A stretch of 64,000 bases of DNA from Bacteroidetes bacterium UKL13-3 (GCA_001602415.1 CP012155.1:3086143-3150142), one strand, 5' to 3'; shown: positions 21,155 to 31,662, numbered from the stretch's first letter. Notes: generated from the letters alone by a model not told the origin. Numbers and translations: made by a program.

Positions 21155-22597
21155 ATGCTTGTCATTGGTGTTATATTTGTTCATACAATTGTATCAACTA
21201 TGGATGCAGACGATTTTTTAGACGAGGATGTTACCTCTAATGTGCAGCGATATGAAAAAATGTTGCGCAACAAAACACAAGATTATTTTGACGCAGAAAC
21301 ACTCGAATCCATCATTGAATTTTATATCAACAAAGATAAACTGAAAGCAGCCCTTGAAGTGATTTATTATGGCGAAAACCTTTACTCATACTACACAAGT
21401 TTTGGCGTAAAAAAGGCCGAAGTATTTGTGATGATGGGAAAGTTTGAAGATGCTATAGCCGAGATAGAACGCCTTGAATTGTACGAACCGTTTAATGCCG
21501 AGTTATCGCTACTGAAAGGTGAAACATACTTAAACATGGAAGAGGTTCGCGAAGCAGAAGAGTGTTTCGAAAAAGCACTCATGCATACCGATGAACGCAT
21601 TGATACTTTGTTTGAAATTGCTTATGTATATGAAGATTGCGACTTATATGAAAAAGCAATTTATTATTTTGATATCATCATCAAAGAAAACAAAGATAAC
21701 GAGCAAGCCTACTACGAAATTGCCAATTGTTACGATGTAATCGGGCGATATGATTTGTGCATTGAATATTACGATAAACTCATCAATATAGATCCGTTTT
21801 CAACCAATGCATGGTATAATTTGGGTGTGATATATACCAAGATGGAGCAGTATGAAAAATCGGTAGACGCCTTTGATTATTGTTTGGCGATTGACGATGA
21901 TTTTGTTGCAGCACGTTTCAATAAAGCCAATGCACTAGTTGAATTAGACAGGTTTGAAGATGCCATTGAAGAATACATTCTAACCATCGACAAGGAAGGC
22001 CCCGATTCAATTACCTATTGCAACCTTGCTGGTTGCTACGAGCGCTTAAACGAAAATGTGCTGGCTCGCGAATACTATAAAAAAGCAACACGCATCAACC
22101 CAAATATTGCCGAAGCCTGGTTTGGTGTGGGCCTAACGTATGAAAAAGAAGGGTTTATGAAAGAGGCTATTTCGTATTTTAAACGCGCGGCATTGCTTGA
22201 ACAAGATAATCCGGAATATTTGTTGGTACTTGCCGAAGCTGAGTATCGCAGCGGAAACCCAGCCGAAGCCAAAGATTTGTACAAACGCTTAATTGAATCC
22301 GATCCAACAATGATGGAGGCTTGGCTTGATTGGTCGTTTATTGAGTTTATGGAAGAAGATCCTGAACTTGCCATTGGCTTAATTTGCGAAGCACTCAAAA
22401 TAGATTATGATTGTCATCAATACCACTACCGATTAGTGAGCTATTTATATGCAACCGGGAAAACAAAAGAGGCATTGGAGCATTTAGATATTGCATTAAT
22501 GATTAATTTTGAAGACCATTTTTTGCTATTTGAACTTACTCCGGCATTGCAAAATGTAAAGGAGATTTTAACCGCTATTGAACTTAACCGACCTTAA
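21155..22597 (+). CDS. tetratricopeptide repeat protein
   Basis: About 465-480 aa of repeated 34-aa TPR-like helical hairpins (AxxYxxxGxxxxxxxxYxxAIxxxP patterns). The start may be the internal MDADDF at 21200. Confidence 0.7.
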   Translation: MLVIGVIFVHTIVSTMDADDFLDEDVTSNVQRYEKMLRNKTQDYFDAETLESIIEFYINKDKLKAALEVIYYGENLYSYYTSFGVKKAEVFVMMGKFEDAIAEIERLELYEPFNAELSLLKGETYLNMEEVREAEECFEKALMHTDERIDTLFEIAYVYEDCDLYEKAIYYFDIIIKENKDNEQAYYEIANCYDVIGRYDLCIEYYDKLINIDPFSTNAWYNLGVIYTKMEQYEKSVDAFDYCLAIDDDFVAARFNKANALVELDRFEDAIEEYILTIDKEGPDSITYCNLAGCYERLNENVLAREYYKKATRINPNIAEAWFGVGLTYEKEGFMKEAISYFKRAALLEQDNPEYLLVLAEAEYRSGNPAEAKDLYKRLIESDPTMMEAWLDWSFIEFMEEDPELAIGLICEALKIDYDCHQYHYRLVSYLYATGKTKEALEHLDIALMINFEDHFLLFELTPALQNVKEILTAIELNRP

Positions 22598-23396
22598 ATT
22601 TTACATGAAGAATTTTAAACTCAAAAACATTCCTGAGCGCACAGCAAAACCCAGGAATAACGGAATAACAATGGTAATGGATAAAGGCTTAAGCCTTAAA
22701 GAAGCAGAGAATTTTATTGATGCCAATGGAGATTTTGTTGACTTTGTAAAATTGGGCTTTGGCACCTCGTATGTTACCAAAAACTTGCAAGAAAAAATTG
22801 ATCTATACAAACAGGCCAATACCGGTGTTTACCTCGGAGGAACGTTGTTTGAAGCGTTTATTGTGCGAAATCAGTATGAAGATTTTATTAAAACATTGGA
22901 TAAATATAAATTGGAATATGCCGAGGTTTCAGATGGCTCTATTGAAATGCCCCACGATATTAAGCTTGATTATATTAACAAGTTGAGCAAACATTTTACA
23001 GTGTTAAGCGAAGTGGGAAGTAAAGATGTAGAAAAAATCATTCCACCTTACCAATGGATTGAGTTAATGAAAGCCGAAATAAAAGCCGGTGCATGGAAGG
23101 TTATTGCAGAAGCTCGCGAGGCTGGGAACGTAGGTGTTTTTCGCTCGTCAGGCGAAGTTCGTGAAGGTTTGGTACAAGAAATTTTAACCAAGATTGATGA
23201 CGATAAAATTATTTGGGAGGCACCTCAAAAAGCGCAACAAACGTATTTCATCAAACTGGTTGGCAACAATGTAAACCTGGGCAATATTGCAACCAATGAT
23301 GTTATACCTTTGGAAACACTGCGATTGGGATTAAGAAGCGATACCTTTTCTTTCTTCTTGCCCAAAAACGCCAAGTATATCACCAAGAAAAAATAA
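22578..23396 (+). CDS. comA: (2R)-phospho-3-sulfolactate synthase (ComA family)
   Basis: Strong match to the ComA family throughout: KPRNNGITMVMDKGL; GTLFEAF; EVSDGSIEM; and the C-terminal IWEAPQKAQQTYFIKLVGNNVNLGNIATNDVIPLETLRLGLRSDTF, which mirrors archaeal ComA (FEAPQKSQQ...LETLRRGLRGDTF). Confidence 0.8.
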   Translation: MNLTDLKFYMKNFKLKNIPERTAKPRNNGITMVMDKGLSLKEAENFIDANGDFVDFVKLGFGTSYVTKNLQEKIDLYKQANTGVYLGGTLFEAFIVRNQYEDFIKTLDKYKLEYAEVSDGSIEMPHDIKLDYINKLSKHFTVLSEVGSKDVEKIIPPYQWIELMKAEIKAGAWKVIAEAREAGNVGVFRSSGEVREGLVQEILTKIDDDKIIWEAPQKAQQTYFIKLVGNNVNLGNIATNDVIPLETLRLGLRSDTFSFFLPKNAKYITKKK

Positions 23397-23404
23397 GAAC
23401 AACT

Positions 23405-23854
23405 ATGAGCTTACAAGAACAAGTAAATAAAGATATCATCACCGCGATGAAAGCGAAAGATGAAATTACCTTGCGTTCCTTACGCGCGGTAAAAGCAGCA
23501 CTTTTATTAGCCGCCACAGCCGAAGGAGCAAAAGAGAGTATTGACGATGAGCAAGCCATCAAAATATTTCAGAAATTAGCTAAACAACGCAAAGAGTCGT
23601 TGGATATTTTTACCCAAAATGGAAGAGCAGAACTCGCTAAAACAGAACAGGAAGAACTGGAAGTGTTTGAACGCTACCTTCCAAAACAAATGAGTGAAGC
23701 AGAAATAAAATCTGAGTTGGAAGGCTTAATTAAACAAACAGGAGCAACTAGTGGTGCCGACTTCGGAAAAGTTATGCCATCAGCCATGAAACATTTTGCC
23801 GGAAAAGCAGAAGGAAAAGTTATTTCGGCAATGCTCAAAACCCTATTGGGATAA
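23405..23854 (+). CDS. GatB/YqeY domain protein
   Basis: 149 aa MSLQEQVNKDIITAMKAKDEITLRSLRAVKAALLLA..., typical of the YqeY family. Confidence 0.75.
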   Translation: MSLQEQVNKDIITAMKAKDEITLRSLRAVKAALLLAATAEGAKESIDDEQAIKIFQKLAKQRKESLDIFTQNGRAELAKTEQEELEVFERYLPKQMSEAEIKSELEGLIKQTGATSGADFGKVMPSAMKHFAGKAEGKVISAMLKTLLG

Positions 23855-23948
23855 TCACTTTTGTTATCAAGAATACTTGAAAAGATTACGGGGTTCATTA
23901 CCTTGTAATCTTTCTGGTTTATACACAACCCTATAATTATAGTGAAAC

Positions 23949-24659
23949 ATGACAACAGACGAAGAAAGAATTAAAAAAGCATTTGAAAAGAAACACTGGC
24001 CCGAAATAAAGGTAACCGATAGTTGGGCAACCTTTAAAATTATGGCGGAGTTTGTGGAGGGGTTTGAGAAGATGAGCCGCATTGGTCCGTGTGTTTCCAT
24101 CTTTGGATCGGCACGAACCAAGAACGATCATAAGTATTATGTATTAGCTGAAGAAATTGCTCAGAAACTTGTTCATGCAGGGTTTGGTGTAATTACCGGA
24201 GGTGGCCCAGGAATTATGGAAGCCGGAAACAAAGGCGCCTATGAAACAGGAGGGAAATCTGTTGGATTAGGTATTGAATTGCCATTTGAGCAGTTCGTAA
24301 ACAAATACGTTGACCGCGACAAGATGATTAACTTTGATTATTTCTTTGTGCGCAAAGTAATGTTTATGAAATATGCGCAAGGATTTGTGGCCATGCCCGG
24401 AGGATTTGGAACATTAGACGAATTGTTTGAAGCCTTAACACTCATTCAAACGCACAAAGTTGCCCGCTTCCCTGTTGTGTTGGTGGGTACCGAATATTGG
24501 AGTGGTTTGCTCGACTGGATCAAAAACACCATGCTCGAAAAAGAGAAAAACATCAACGCTGACGATCTGTTTCTGTTTAAGCTTGTTGATACTGCAGATG
24601 ATGCTGTTAACTATATTCTCGACTACTACGCGGATATGTCCATCAGTCCTAATTTTTAA
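23949..24659 (+). CDS. LOG family protein (cytokinin riboside 5'-monophosphate phosphoribohydrolase-like, TIGR00730)
   Basis: Motifs GGGPGIMEA and PGGFGTLDELFE. Confidence 0.8.
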   Translation: MTTDEERIKKAFEKKHWPEIKVTDSWATFKIMAEFVEGFEKMSRIGPCVSIFGSARTKNDHKYYVLAEEIAQKLVHAGFGVITGGGPGIMEAGNKGAYETGGKSVGLGIELPFEQFVNKYVDRDKMINFDYFFVRKVMFMKYAQGFVAMPGGFGTLDELFEALTLIQTHKVARFPVVLVGTEYWSGLLDWIKNTMLEKEKNINADDLFLFKLVDTADDAVNYILDYYADMSISPNF

Positions 24660-24721
24660 TTTTAGTCACTCCGTTTGCAATTTGTATCTTCGGAGCCTCA
24701 TATATCTCGATACAACAACTT

Positions 24722-26980
24722 ATGTCAACATTAAAAGAAGACGCATTAAAATACCATAGCAAAGGCCGTCCCGGTAAAATTGAAGTTGTACCTACCAAAC
24801 CCACAAATACCAAAAGGGATTTGAGTTTGGCTTATTCCCCGGGAGTTGCCGAACCGTGTTTGGAAATTGCAGCTAACGTAGATGACGTTTATAAATACAC
24901 TGCAAAAGGAAATCTGGTAGCCGTTATTTCAAATGGAACGGCTGTCCTCGGACTGGGGGATATCGGTCCTGAAGCTTCCAAACCCGTGATGGAAGGAAAA
25001 GGTGTTTTGTTCAAAATTTTCGCAGATATTGATGTGTTTGACATTGAAGTAAACACAAAAGATACAGAAGAATTTATCCGCACCGTAAAGGCTATCAGCC
25101 CAACATTTGGCGGAATTAACCTCGAAGATATTAAAGCCCCCGAGTGTTTTGAAATTGAACAGCGCCTTAAAGAAGAGCTGGATATTCCAATTATGCACGA
25201 TGATCAGCATGGTACAGCCATCATTGTTGGAGCAGCTTTAATAAACGGATTGGAATTGGTAGGAAAGAAAATTGAAGACGTGCGCGTGGTATTTAATGGG
25301 GCAGGAGCTTCGGCCATTTCATGCGCAAAGTTGGTAATGTCGTTGGGCGTAAATCCTAAAAACTTGGTGATGTGCGATAGCAAAGGAGTGATTCGTAAAG
25401 ACAGCCCTAATTTGGATGAAACCAAAAAACGTTTTGCTACCGATTTAGATTTAACAACGCTTACCGATGCCTTAAAAGGTGCTGATGTGTTTGTGGGCTT
25501 GTCAAAAGCAAACGTGCTAAACCAAGATATGGTACGAAGTATGGCCAAAGATTGTATGGTATTCGCATTAGCAAATCCTGATCCTGAAATTCCGTATGAA
25601 GAGGCTGTTGCCTCGCGTAAAGACATCATCATTGCTACTGGACGAAGTGATTACCCGAATCAGGTAAATAATGTATTAGGATTCCCGTATATCTTCCGTG
25701 GAGCACTCGATGTTCGTGCAAGCAAAATTAATGAGGAAATGAAAATTGCTGCCGTGCACGCATTGGCGCAACTAACCAAAGAGCCTGTTCCCGAAATTGT
25801 GAACATGGCGTATAATGAAAAATCTTTAACGTTTAGTCGTAACTATTTAATTCCGAAACCACTCGATCCAAGGTTAATTACAGCAGTTTCTCCGGCTGTT
25901 GCAAGGGCAGCAATGGAAAGCGGTGTGGCCAAACATCCTATTACCGATTGGGATGCTTACAACAGTGAGTTATTGGCGCGTTTAGGTAAAGAAAGTAACT
26001 TCATCCGTGTGATGGGAAATAAAGCCCGTTCTAATCCTAAACGAGTGGTATTTGCCGAAGCCGATAATTATAAAATTTTACGTGCTGCACAAGTAGTAAA
26101 AGAAGAAGGATTTGCTATCCCAATTTTGTTGGGTAACAAAGAAAAGATTGCTAAGATTATTGCCGAAAACAAAATCAAATTAGAGGGTGTACAAATTATA
26201 GACCCGTTAGAGGAGCACGAAAAACGCGAACACTTTGCTTCTATATTTTATGAGCGCAGACAAAGAAGAGGTGCAACTTTATATGAAGCAAATAAGTTGA
26301 TGCGCGACCGCAATCACTTTGCACCTATGATGGTAGATCAGGGAGAAGCGGATGCGTTAATCTCAGGATTAACCAAAAATTACCCTAGCACCATAAAGCC
26401 AGCATTGCAAATTCTGGGTAAAGAAGAGGGTATCGATAAAGTAGCCGGGATGTATATCATGCTGAGCAATAAGGGAACCCTGTTTTTCTCTGATACAACA
26501 GTAAATATTAATCCAAATACACAAGACATCGTAGATATTACCAAACTCACTTACGATGCTGTGAAGAAGTTTAACATGAACCCGCGCATTGCCTTGTTAT
26601 CATATTCGAACTTCGGTTCAGCCGATGGCGAAACGCCCAAAAAAATGGCAGATGCCCGCAAAATCTTAAAAGAGAAATATCCATTTATGGTAGTGGATGG
26701 CGATTTACAAGCAAATATTGCTTTGAATCAAAAAATGTTGCAGGAGAATTTTCCGTTCAGCGAATTGTGTGGTGAATCGGTAAATACGTTCATTATGCCA
26801 AACCTTGCCTCGGGTAATATTGCTTACAAAATGTTGCAAGAACTTGGTGTTGCCGAAGCCATCGGACCCGTACTGTTAGGCTTGAAAAAATCTGCTCATA
26901 TCTTACAATTGGGAAGCAGCGTTCGCGAAATTGTGAACATGGTTATTGTTGCCGTTGTTGATGCGCAAAGCAAAGAATAA
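24722..26980 (+). CDS. maeB: NADP-dependent malic enzyme with a C-terminal phosphotransacetylase-like domain
   Basis: 752 aa. N-terminal malic enzyme domain (LSLAYSPGVAEPCLEI, NGAGASAISCAKL) plus a C-terminal PTA-like domain of about 330 aa. Confidence 0.9.
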   Translation: MSTLKEDALKYHSKGRPGKIEVVPTKPTNTKRDLSLAYSPGVAEPCLEIAANVDDVYKYTAKGNLVAVISNGTAVLGLGDIGPEASKPVMEGKGVLFKIFADIDVFDIEVNTKDTEEFIRTVKAISPTFGGINLEDIKAPECFEIEQRLKEELDIPIMHDDQHGTAIIVGAALINGLELVGKKIEDVRVVFNGAGASAISCAKLVMSLGVNPKNLVMCDSKGVIRKDSPNLDETKKRFATDLDLTTLTDALKGADVFVGLSKANVLNQDMVRSMAKDCMVFALANPDPEIPYEEAVASRKDIIIATGRSDYPNQVNNVLGFPYIFRGALDVRASKINEEMKIAAVHALAQLTKEPVPEIVNMAYNEKSLTFSRNYLIPKPLDPRLITAVSPAVARAAMESGVAKHPITDWDAYNSELLARLGKESNFIRVMGNKARSNPKRVVFAEADNYKILRAAQVVKEEGFAIPILLGNKEKIAKIIAENKIKLEGVQIIDPLEEHEKREHFASIFYERRQRRGATLYEANKLMRDRNHFAPMMVDQGEADALISGLTKNYPSTIKPALQILGKEEGIDKVAGMYIMLSNKGTLFFSDTTVNINPNTQDIVDITKLTYDAVKKFNMNPRIALLSYSNFGSADGETPKKMADARKILKEKYPFMVVDGDLQANIALNQKMLQENFPFSELCGESVNTFIMPNLASGNIAYKMLQELGVAEAIGPVLLGLKKSAHILQLGSSVREIVNMVIVAVVDAQSKE

Positions 26981-26996
26981 TAAGCATAAACTAAAG

Positions 26997-27040
26997 CAAA
27001 ACAGCGCATACCAAATTCCTTTGATATGCGCTGTTTTTGT
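26997..27040. terminator. bidirectional rho-independent terminator between convergent maeB and paaC
   Basis: AAAACAGCGCATA...TATGCGCTGTTTTTG: perfect 9-bp stem flanked by an A-run and a T-run. Confidence 0.6.
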
Positions 27041-27061
27041 ATTGTACTTTTTGAACAAAGC

Positions 27062-27817
27062 TTACCACTCAGCACTTGGATCTACACGAAACACTTCGCT
27101 CATTTCTTCTACAAGCGGTTGCAAGTGTTCGGTATGAAAACAGTTACGTCCACCAAGCTTAGGCTCCCAAGTTGAAGCAGCAGGAATGGTTAACGTTGCT
27201 TTATCCAATACCGGTGTGATGGTTTCCAACCAGCGTTTTTGTAATGCGGCTTCTCCTTCAAATATGCCCTCTTCAGCTAACTGTTTTTCAAACGGACCTT
27301 CTTCAAACAATCCCAATGCATAGTTCCATGAATCGTTCAAAGCTGTTTGCATGCGTACATGACTTTCTTCCGTTGCAGCGCCTAATTTGGTAATCCACGT
27401 GTTCGCATGAAAAACATGGTATTTTAATTCCCCTTTTACTTTACGTGCCACTTTTGCCAGTGGTTCATAGCTGCTGTTTGCCAGCATCTCAAAACGCAAC
27501 TGATCAGCTACATCATACAAGAAATGACGCATCAAACTAAAATCATAATCACCATTGGGTAACTCCAAAAACTGCGCGTTGTGAAATTGGTTGGCATTGC
27601 GCATAAACGCAACAGTATCGGGTTCTTGTTCGCCCAACTCATGCAAGAGCTGAAACAATGCTTGCGACTGACCTATTTTATCTTGTGCCATCGAAGAAAA
27701 CGCGATGTCTTCTTCCAATATCGGACCGAGACCTGTCCACTCGCTGTTGCGGTGACCTATGATTAAGAGATCATCCGCCATTTTGTATAATAATTCCTTT
27801 ATTGCTTCTGTTTTCAT
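27062..27817 (-). CDS. paaC: 1,2-phenylacetyl-CoA epoxidase subunit C (PaaC/PaaI-like)
   Basis: 251 aa ferritin-like protein directly downstream of paaA/paaB, with overlapping start (ATGA). Confidence 0.65.
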   Translation of the reverse strand: MKTEAIKELLYKMADDLLIIGHRNSEWTGLGPILEEDIAFSSMAQDKIGQSQALFQLLHELGEQEPDTVAFMRNANQFHNAQFLELPNGDYDFSLMRHFLYDVADQLRFEMLANSSYEPLAKVARKVKGELKYHVFHANTWITKLGAATEESHVRMQTALNDSWNYALGLFEEGPFEKQLAEEGIFEGEAALQKRWLETITPVLDKATLTIPAASTWEPKLGGRNCFHTEHLQPLVEEMSEVFRVDPSAEW

Positions 27818-28185
27818 GCTTTCTGCGCCTTTTTATACTTGTTAATCTTATCCATCACCTTGTATCCTCCGGCTTCACGGTATTGTTTTTCGGGTGTGGT
27901 TTCAAACATGTCTTGGTCTTCATATTCGGTACAAAATACATTGGCTGTTTTTACTACCCAAATATTGGCTGTTATACCTCTCCTGCCATATTGATCTTTA
28001 CCAAACAACAAGGCCATCTCGGGATTAGGTGCGTGTACAATGCCCACGTGCATGTGTTGATCCCCACGTTTTTTCTGATGAAAAACTTCATAGGTTTCCC
28101 AATTGTCCATGGGTGTTAGTGGATCAATGGTATTGTTTTCGGATATGTTTTCTCGTGTGATGCGAGGATCTAATGATTTTATCAT
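27814..28185 (-). CDS. paaB: 1,2-phenylacetyl-CoA epoxidase subunit B (PaaB)
   Basis: 123 aa with the conserved HVGIVHAPNPEMALLFGKDQY region typical of PaaB. Confidence 0.7.
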   Translation of the reverse strand: MIKSLDPRITRENISENNTIDPLTPMDNWETYEVFHQKKRGDQHMHVGIVHAPNPEMALLFGKDQYGRRGITANIWVVKTANVFCTEYEDQDMFETTPEKQYREAGGYKVMDKINKYKKAQKA

Positions 28186-28247
28186 GATTCGTTTGATATT
28201 GATTTTAATTGCAGGAGCGTTTAATTAAATACTACTATAATTATGAA

Positions 28248-29237
28248 TTATGCCAATGGCGTCACGTATTGTTCCGATTTGTTTAATAAGGCTTTACGTA
28301 CCCATCTGCCACGTTCTTCCGCCATTCGTCTCACGGCTAAACGTTCGGCATTGCATGGACCACCACCGTTGATTACGCGTTTAAATTCGTCCCAATCCGG
28401 TTCTGTATAATCCCACTTTTTAGTTTCTTCATTTAACTTCAAGTTAGGATCTGGAAGTACTAATCCTAAGTCCCAAATTTTAGGAACGTACATGTTTAAA
28501 AACTGTTGGCGCATATCATCATTACTGGCCATCTTCACTTTCCAGCGCATAAGTATTTCAGAGTGTTGTGAAATTTTATCACTTGGACCAAAAAAGTGCA
28601 TGATAGGTGGCCACCAGCGGGTTAATGCTTCCTGCACCATCTTACGTTGAATTGGTGTTCCGGTTGCCAATGTTACAACGTTATCGTGACCATATTTCAA
28701 GTGGAAACTTTCTTCAGTACAGATGCGATCAAGTGCACGGCAATAAGGTCCGTAACTTCCTTTGGCATTAGCTACCTGATTGATGATTGCTCCTGCATCA
28801 ATTAACCAAGCAATGATGCATGCATCTGCCCAAGTGAAAGCCGGGTAGTTAAACACGTTTGAATACTTTGACTTACCGATAATTAAATCGTTGGTCATAT
28901 CTTCACGACTTTTGCCTAATGTTTCAGCTGCACTATATAACAATTGTGCATGTCCAACTTCATCTTGTACTTTAGCCATCAACGCCATCTTGCGCCTAAA
29001 GCCGGGAGCACGGGTAATCCATGTTCCTTCGGGTAAAGCACCGATAATTTCGGAGTGAGCATGTTGCTCAATCATACGAATTAACTGTTTGCGATACTCT
29101 TTCGGCATCCAGTCTTTGGGTTCAATTTTTTCACCGCGGGCAATACGGTTTTCAAACTCCTTTAATTTAATTGGATCCTCTCCAGCTAATATTCCATTAG
29201 CCTTTTCATTAGGATCGATGTAAGCATTTCCGTACAT
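28248..29237 (-). CDS. paaA: 1,2-phenylacetyl-CoA epoxidase catalytic subunit A (PaaA)
   Basis: 329 aa di-iron ferritin-like oxygenase (E...EVGH, E...H pattern: [19 protein letters not shown]). Confidence 0.75.
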   Translation of the reverse strand: MYGNAYIDPNEKANGILAGEDPIKLKEFENRIARGEKIEPKDWMPKEYRKQLIRMIEQHAHSEIIGALPEGTWITRAPGFRRKMALMAKVQDEVGHAQLLYSAAETLGKSREDMTNDLIIGKSKYSNVFNYPAFTWADACIIAWLIDAGAIINQVANAKGSYGPYCRALDRICTEESFHLKYGHDNVVTLATGTPIQRKMVQEALTRWWPPIMHFFGPSDKISQHSEILMRWKVKMASNDDMRQQFLNMYVPKIWDLGLVLPDPNLKLNEETKKWDYTEPDWDEFKRVINGGGPCNAERLAVRRMAEERGRWVRKALLNKSEQYVTPLA

Positions 29238-29312
29238 ATATATTTTTTAGTTTATAGTTTCTTGTTTGACGTTTATTCGAATTTCGATTTCAAAATTTTG
29301 AAATTTCCCTCG

Positions 29313-29924
29313 TTATGGTTTATAATTAATATCTGTTACGAGTTTTTTTCTCAATCCACCCAAAATAAAATCGCTTAGTTTTTTGGCAATTTCTTCAGCA
29401 TTCATTTTTCCTTTGGGGTTATACCATTCATTAATCCAGTTTACGGTTGACAGGATAGTGAGTGTAGCAAATTTTTGATCCACATCATCAAACAGATCCT
29501 CATTAATACCATCATTTAAAATCACCTTGAACTCGTTTTCATAAGCATCACGCAATGTTTTGAACTCTGACAATTTGGGTTCACTAAGGCTTCTCCATTC
29601 ATGCAGAAAAGCTGCACTCTGATCAATATTTTCCGAAATAATTTGTACATGGTTTTTAATGGCCATGCGAAGCTTTTCTTCAGCATTAAAGTAGATATCA
29701 TTCACTTCAGCAATGCCGGTTAAGAGTTTATTGGCTAGACTAAAACAAATGGTTTCTAAAATCTCTTCTTTGGATTTAATGTGGTGGTATAAACTAGCTG
29801 CTTCAATACCCATTTCGGTTGCGATATCACGCATGCTGGTGCTGGCGTATCCTTTTTGCTTGAACATCTTAGCGCTGGTTTGCATAATTTGTTCTTTTCT
29901 GCTGATGCTGAGTGTTTCCGACAT
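29313..29924 (-). CDS. TetR/AcrR family transcriptional regulator
   Basis: N-terminal HTH KGYASTSMRDIATEMGIEAASLYHHIKSKEEIL. Confidence 0.85.
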   Translation of the reverse strand: MSETLSISRKEQIMQTSAKMFKQKGYASTSMRDIATEMGIEAASLYHHIKSKEEILETICFSLANKLLTGIAEVNDIYFNAEEKLRMAIKNHVQIISENIDQSAAFLHEWRSLSEPKLSEFKTLRDAYENEFKVILNDGINEDLFDDVDQKFATLTILSTVNWINEWYNPKGKMNAEEIAKKLSDFILGGLRKKLVTDINYKP

Positions 29925-30041
29925 AAACCTAATGATTGTTAGTCGAAATTATTAATAATCTCACAAAAAACAATAAATAATTTTACAAACTTGCAATCAA
30001 TGGGCAAATTGCTAACTTGAACGCATTAAACACAAACTGCC

Positions 30042-30788
30042 ATGGACAAAAATCAAAAAAGGGTTGTACTTGTAACGGGAGCTACCGGAGGCCTCGGAAC
30101 CGCAATGTGCGAAGCGTTGTATAAAGAAGGATACCGTGTATTGGCAAATTACAGAAGTAAGGATAAAGCCGATGGGTGGAAAATGATGATGGATTCTAAA
30201 AACATCAAAGTGGATTTGTTTTATGGCGAAGTTTCAGATTATGCAAGTGTTGAGAGCATGGTGAAAGAGATTGAAGAAAAAGTGGGTCCGGTAGATGTGT
30301 TGGTGAACAATGCAGGTATTACCCGCGATACGGCTTTTCGCAAAATGAGCTATGAACAGTGGCGCGATGTACTTTCTTCTAATCTTGATTCGGTATTTAA
30401 CTGTACCCGTAATGTGATTAATGGAATGATTGACCGTAACTTTGGTCGTATCATCAATATTTCATCGGTAAACGGGCAACGCGGACAATTTGGTCAGGCT
30501 AATTATAGCGCGGCCAAAGCCGGAATGCATGGTTTTACCAAAACACTTGCTATGGAAGTAGCCCGTAAAGGTGTAACCGTTAATACTATTTCTCCGGGCT
30601 ATATCGGAACAGATATGGTAATGGCGGTGAAAGAAGAAATACGCAATCAGATTGTGGAACAAATTCCGATGGGGCGATTGGGTGGCACAGAAGAGGTGGC
30701 ACATCTTGTGTGTTTCTTGGCCAGCGATCAAGCCAGTTTTATTACCGGTGCAAACTATTCCATTAACGGAGGGCAGCATGTGTATTGA
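30042..30788 (+). CDS. SDR family oxidoreductase (acetoacetyl-CoA / 3-oxoacyl reductase-like)
   Basis: TGATGGLG Rossmann motif, NNAG, catalytic YSAAK. Confidence 0.8.
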   Translation: MDKNQKRVVLVTGATGGLGTAMCEALYKEGYRVLANYRSKDKADGWKMMMDSKNIKVDLFYGEVSDYASVESMVKEIEEKVGPVDVLVNNAGITRDTAFRKMSYEQWRDVLSSNLDSVFNCTRNVINGMIDRNFGRIINISSVNGQRGQFGQANYSAAKAGMHGFTKTLAMEVARKGVTVNTISPGYIGTDMVMAVKEEIRNQIVEQIPMGRLGGTEEVAHLVCFLASDQASFITGANYSINGGQHVY

Positions 30789-30963
30789 GCAAAATTGTCA
30801 ACATAAACCAGATCATCTTGTGGAAAAACTAACTTTCGACATTTTTTTGTTTGAATATAGCATTATAATTGCAACGTGATTTAACTATCACAGCCTCATT
30901 ATGTTGAGAAATGCATAAGCCAACAGCCTCGCAGAAATGTGAGGTTGTTTTAATTTAAAGCCT

Positions 30964-31593
30964 ATGAAAACAGAAAAACTACGCGTTATTTTTTTTTATG
31001 TAGATGGATTCAATTTCTATTATGGATTGAAGGCTAAAGGTTGAAAGAAATACTATTGGCTCAATATTGTTGAATTCTTTAAAGCCTTTCTGAAAGATGA
31101 GCAAGAGTTAGTAGAGGTAGATTATTTCTCGGCTAAACAAAGAGACAACGGAAAAAGTGATAGACAGGATCTCTTCTTTTCAGCAAATAAAACAATTAAA
31201 GAATTTAATCTCTATCTCGGAAAGTACCAAACAAAGGATATTATTTGTAACAAGTGTCACTCAAATGTAAGATCTTTTGAAGAAAAGCAAACCGATGTTC
31301 ATATTGCATCAAAAATGATTCGGGATGTTGCTCTTTATAGATGTGATATATCAGTGTTAGTATCTGCAGATAGTGATTTGTGTCCTCCAATTGATGCAAT
31401 AAAAGAGCTAAACCCTTCCCATAAACTTTTTGTATATTTTCCTCCAAAAAGAACATCGATTGATCTAAAAAACAAAGCAGACGGTTTTATTGACCTTGAA
31501 AGATATGAAAGCCGCTTTAAAAAATTCTTATTACCTAATGAGGTTACAATTCCAACTGGATATGTCATAAAAAGACCCTCCTCGTGGCAATGA
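30964..31593 (+). pseudogene. NYN (LabA-like) domain protein gene interrupted by an in-frame TGA at 31042-31044
   Basis: MKTEKLRVIFFYVDGFNFYYGLKAKG-TGA-KKYYWLNIVEFFKAF...ISVLVSADSDLCPPI... The reading frame is continuous on both sides (27 codons, stop, 182 codons). The NYN motifs FxDGxN and the acidic SADSD are present. Confidence 0.6.
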
Positions 31594-31662
31594 CAAAGCC
31601 TATGCTGTTTGAGCTTGTCTCTCAAACCAGACAAACGAATATTCTGTTTTCGAAAACGCTTC

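Noticed and set aside
31042-31044. TGA in the NYN gene as a recoded codon (Sec/Trp) or a code variant
   Set aside because: TGA terminates other well-supported genes in the window (for example the ORFs ending at 40680 and 41551), and no SECIS-like hairpin follows. Treated as a nonsense mutation or sequencing error.
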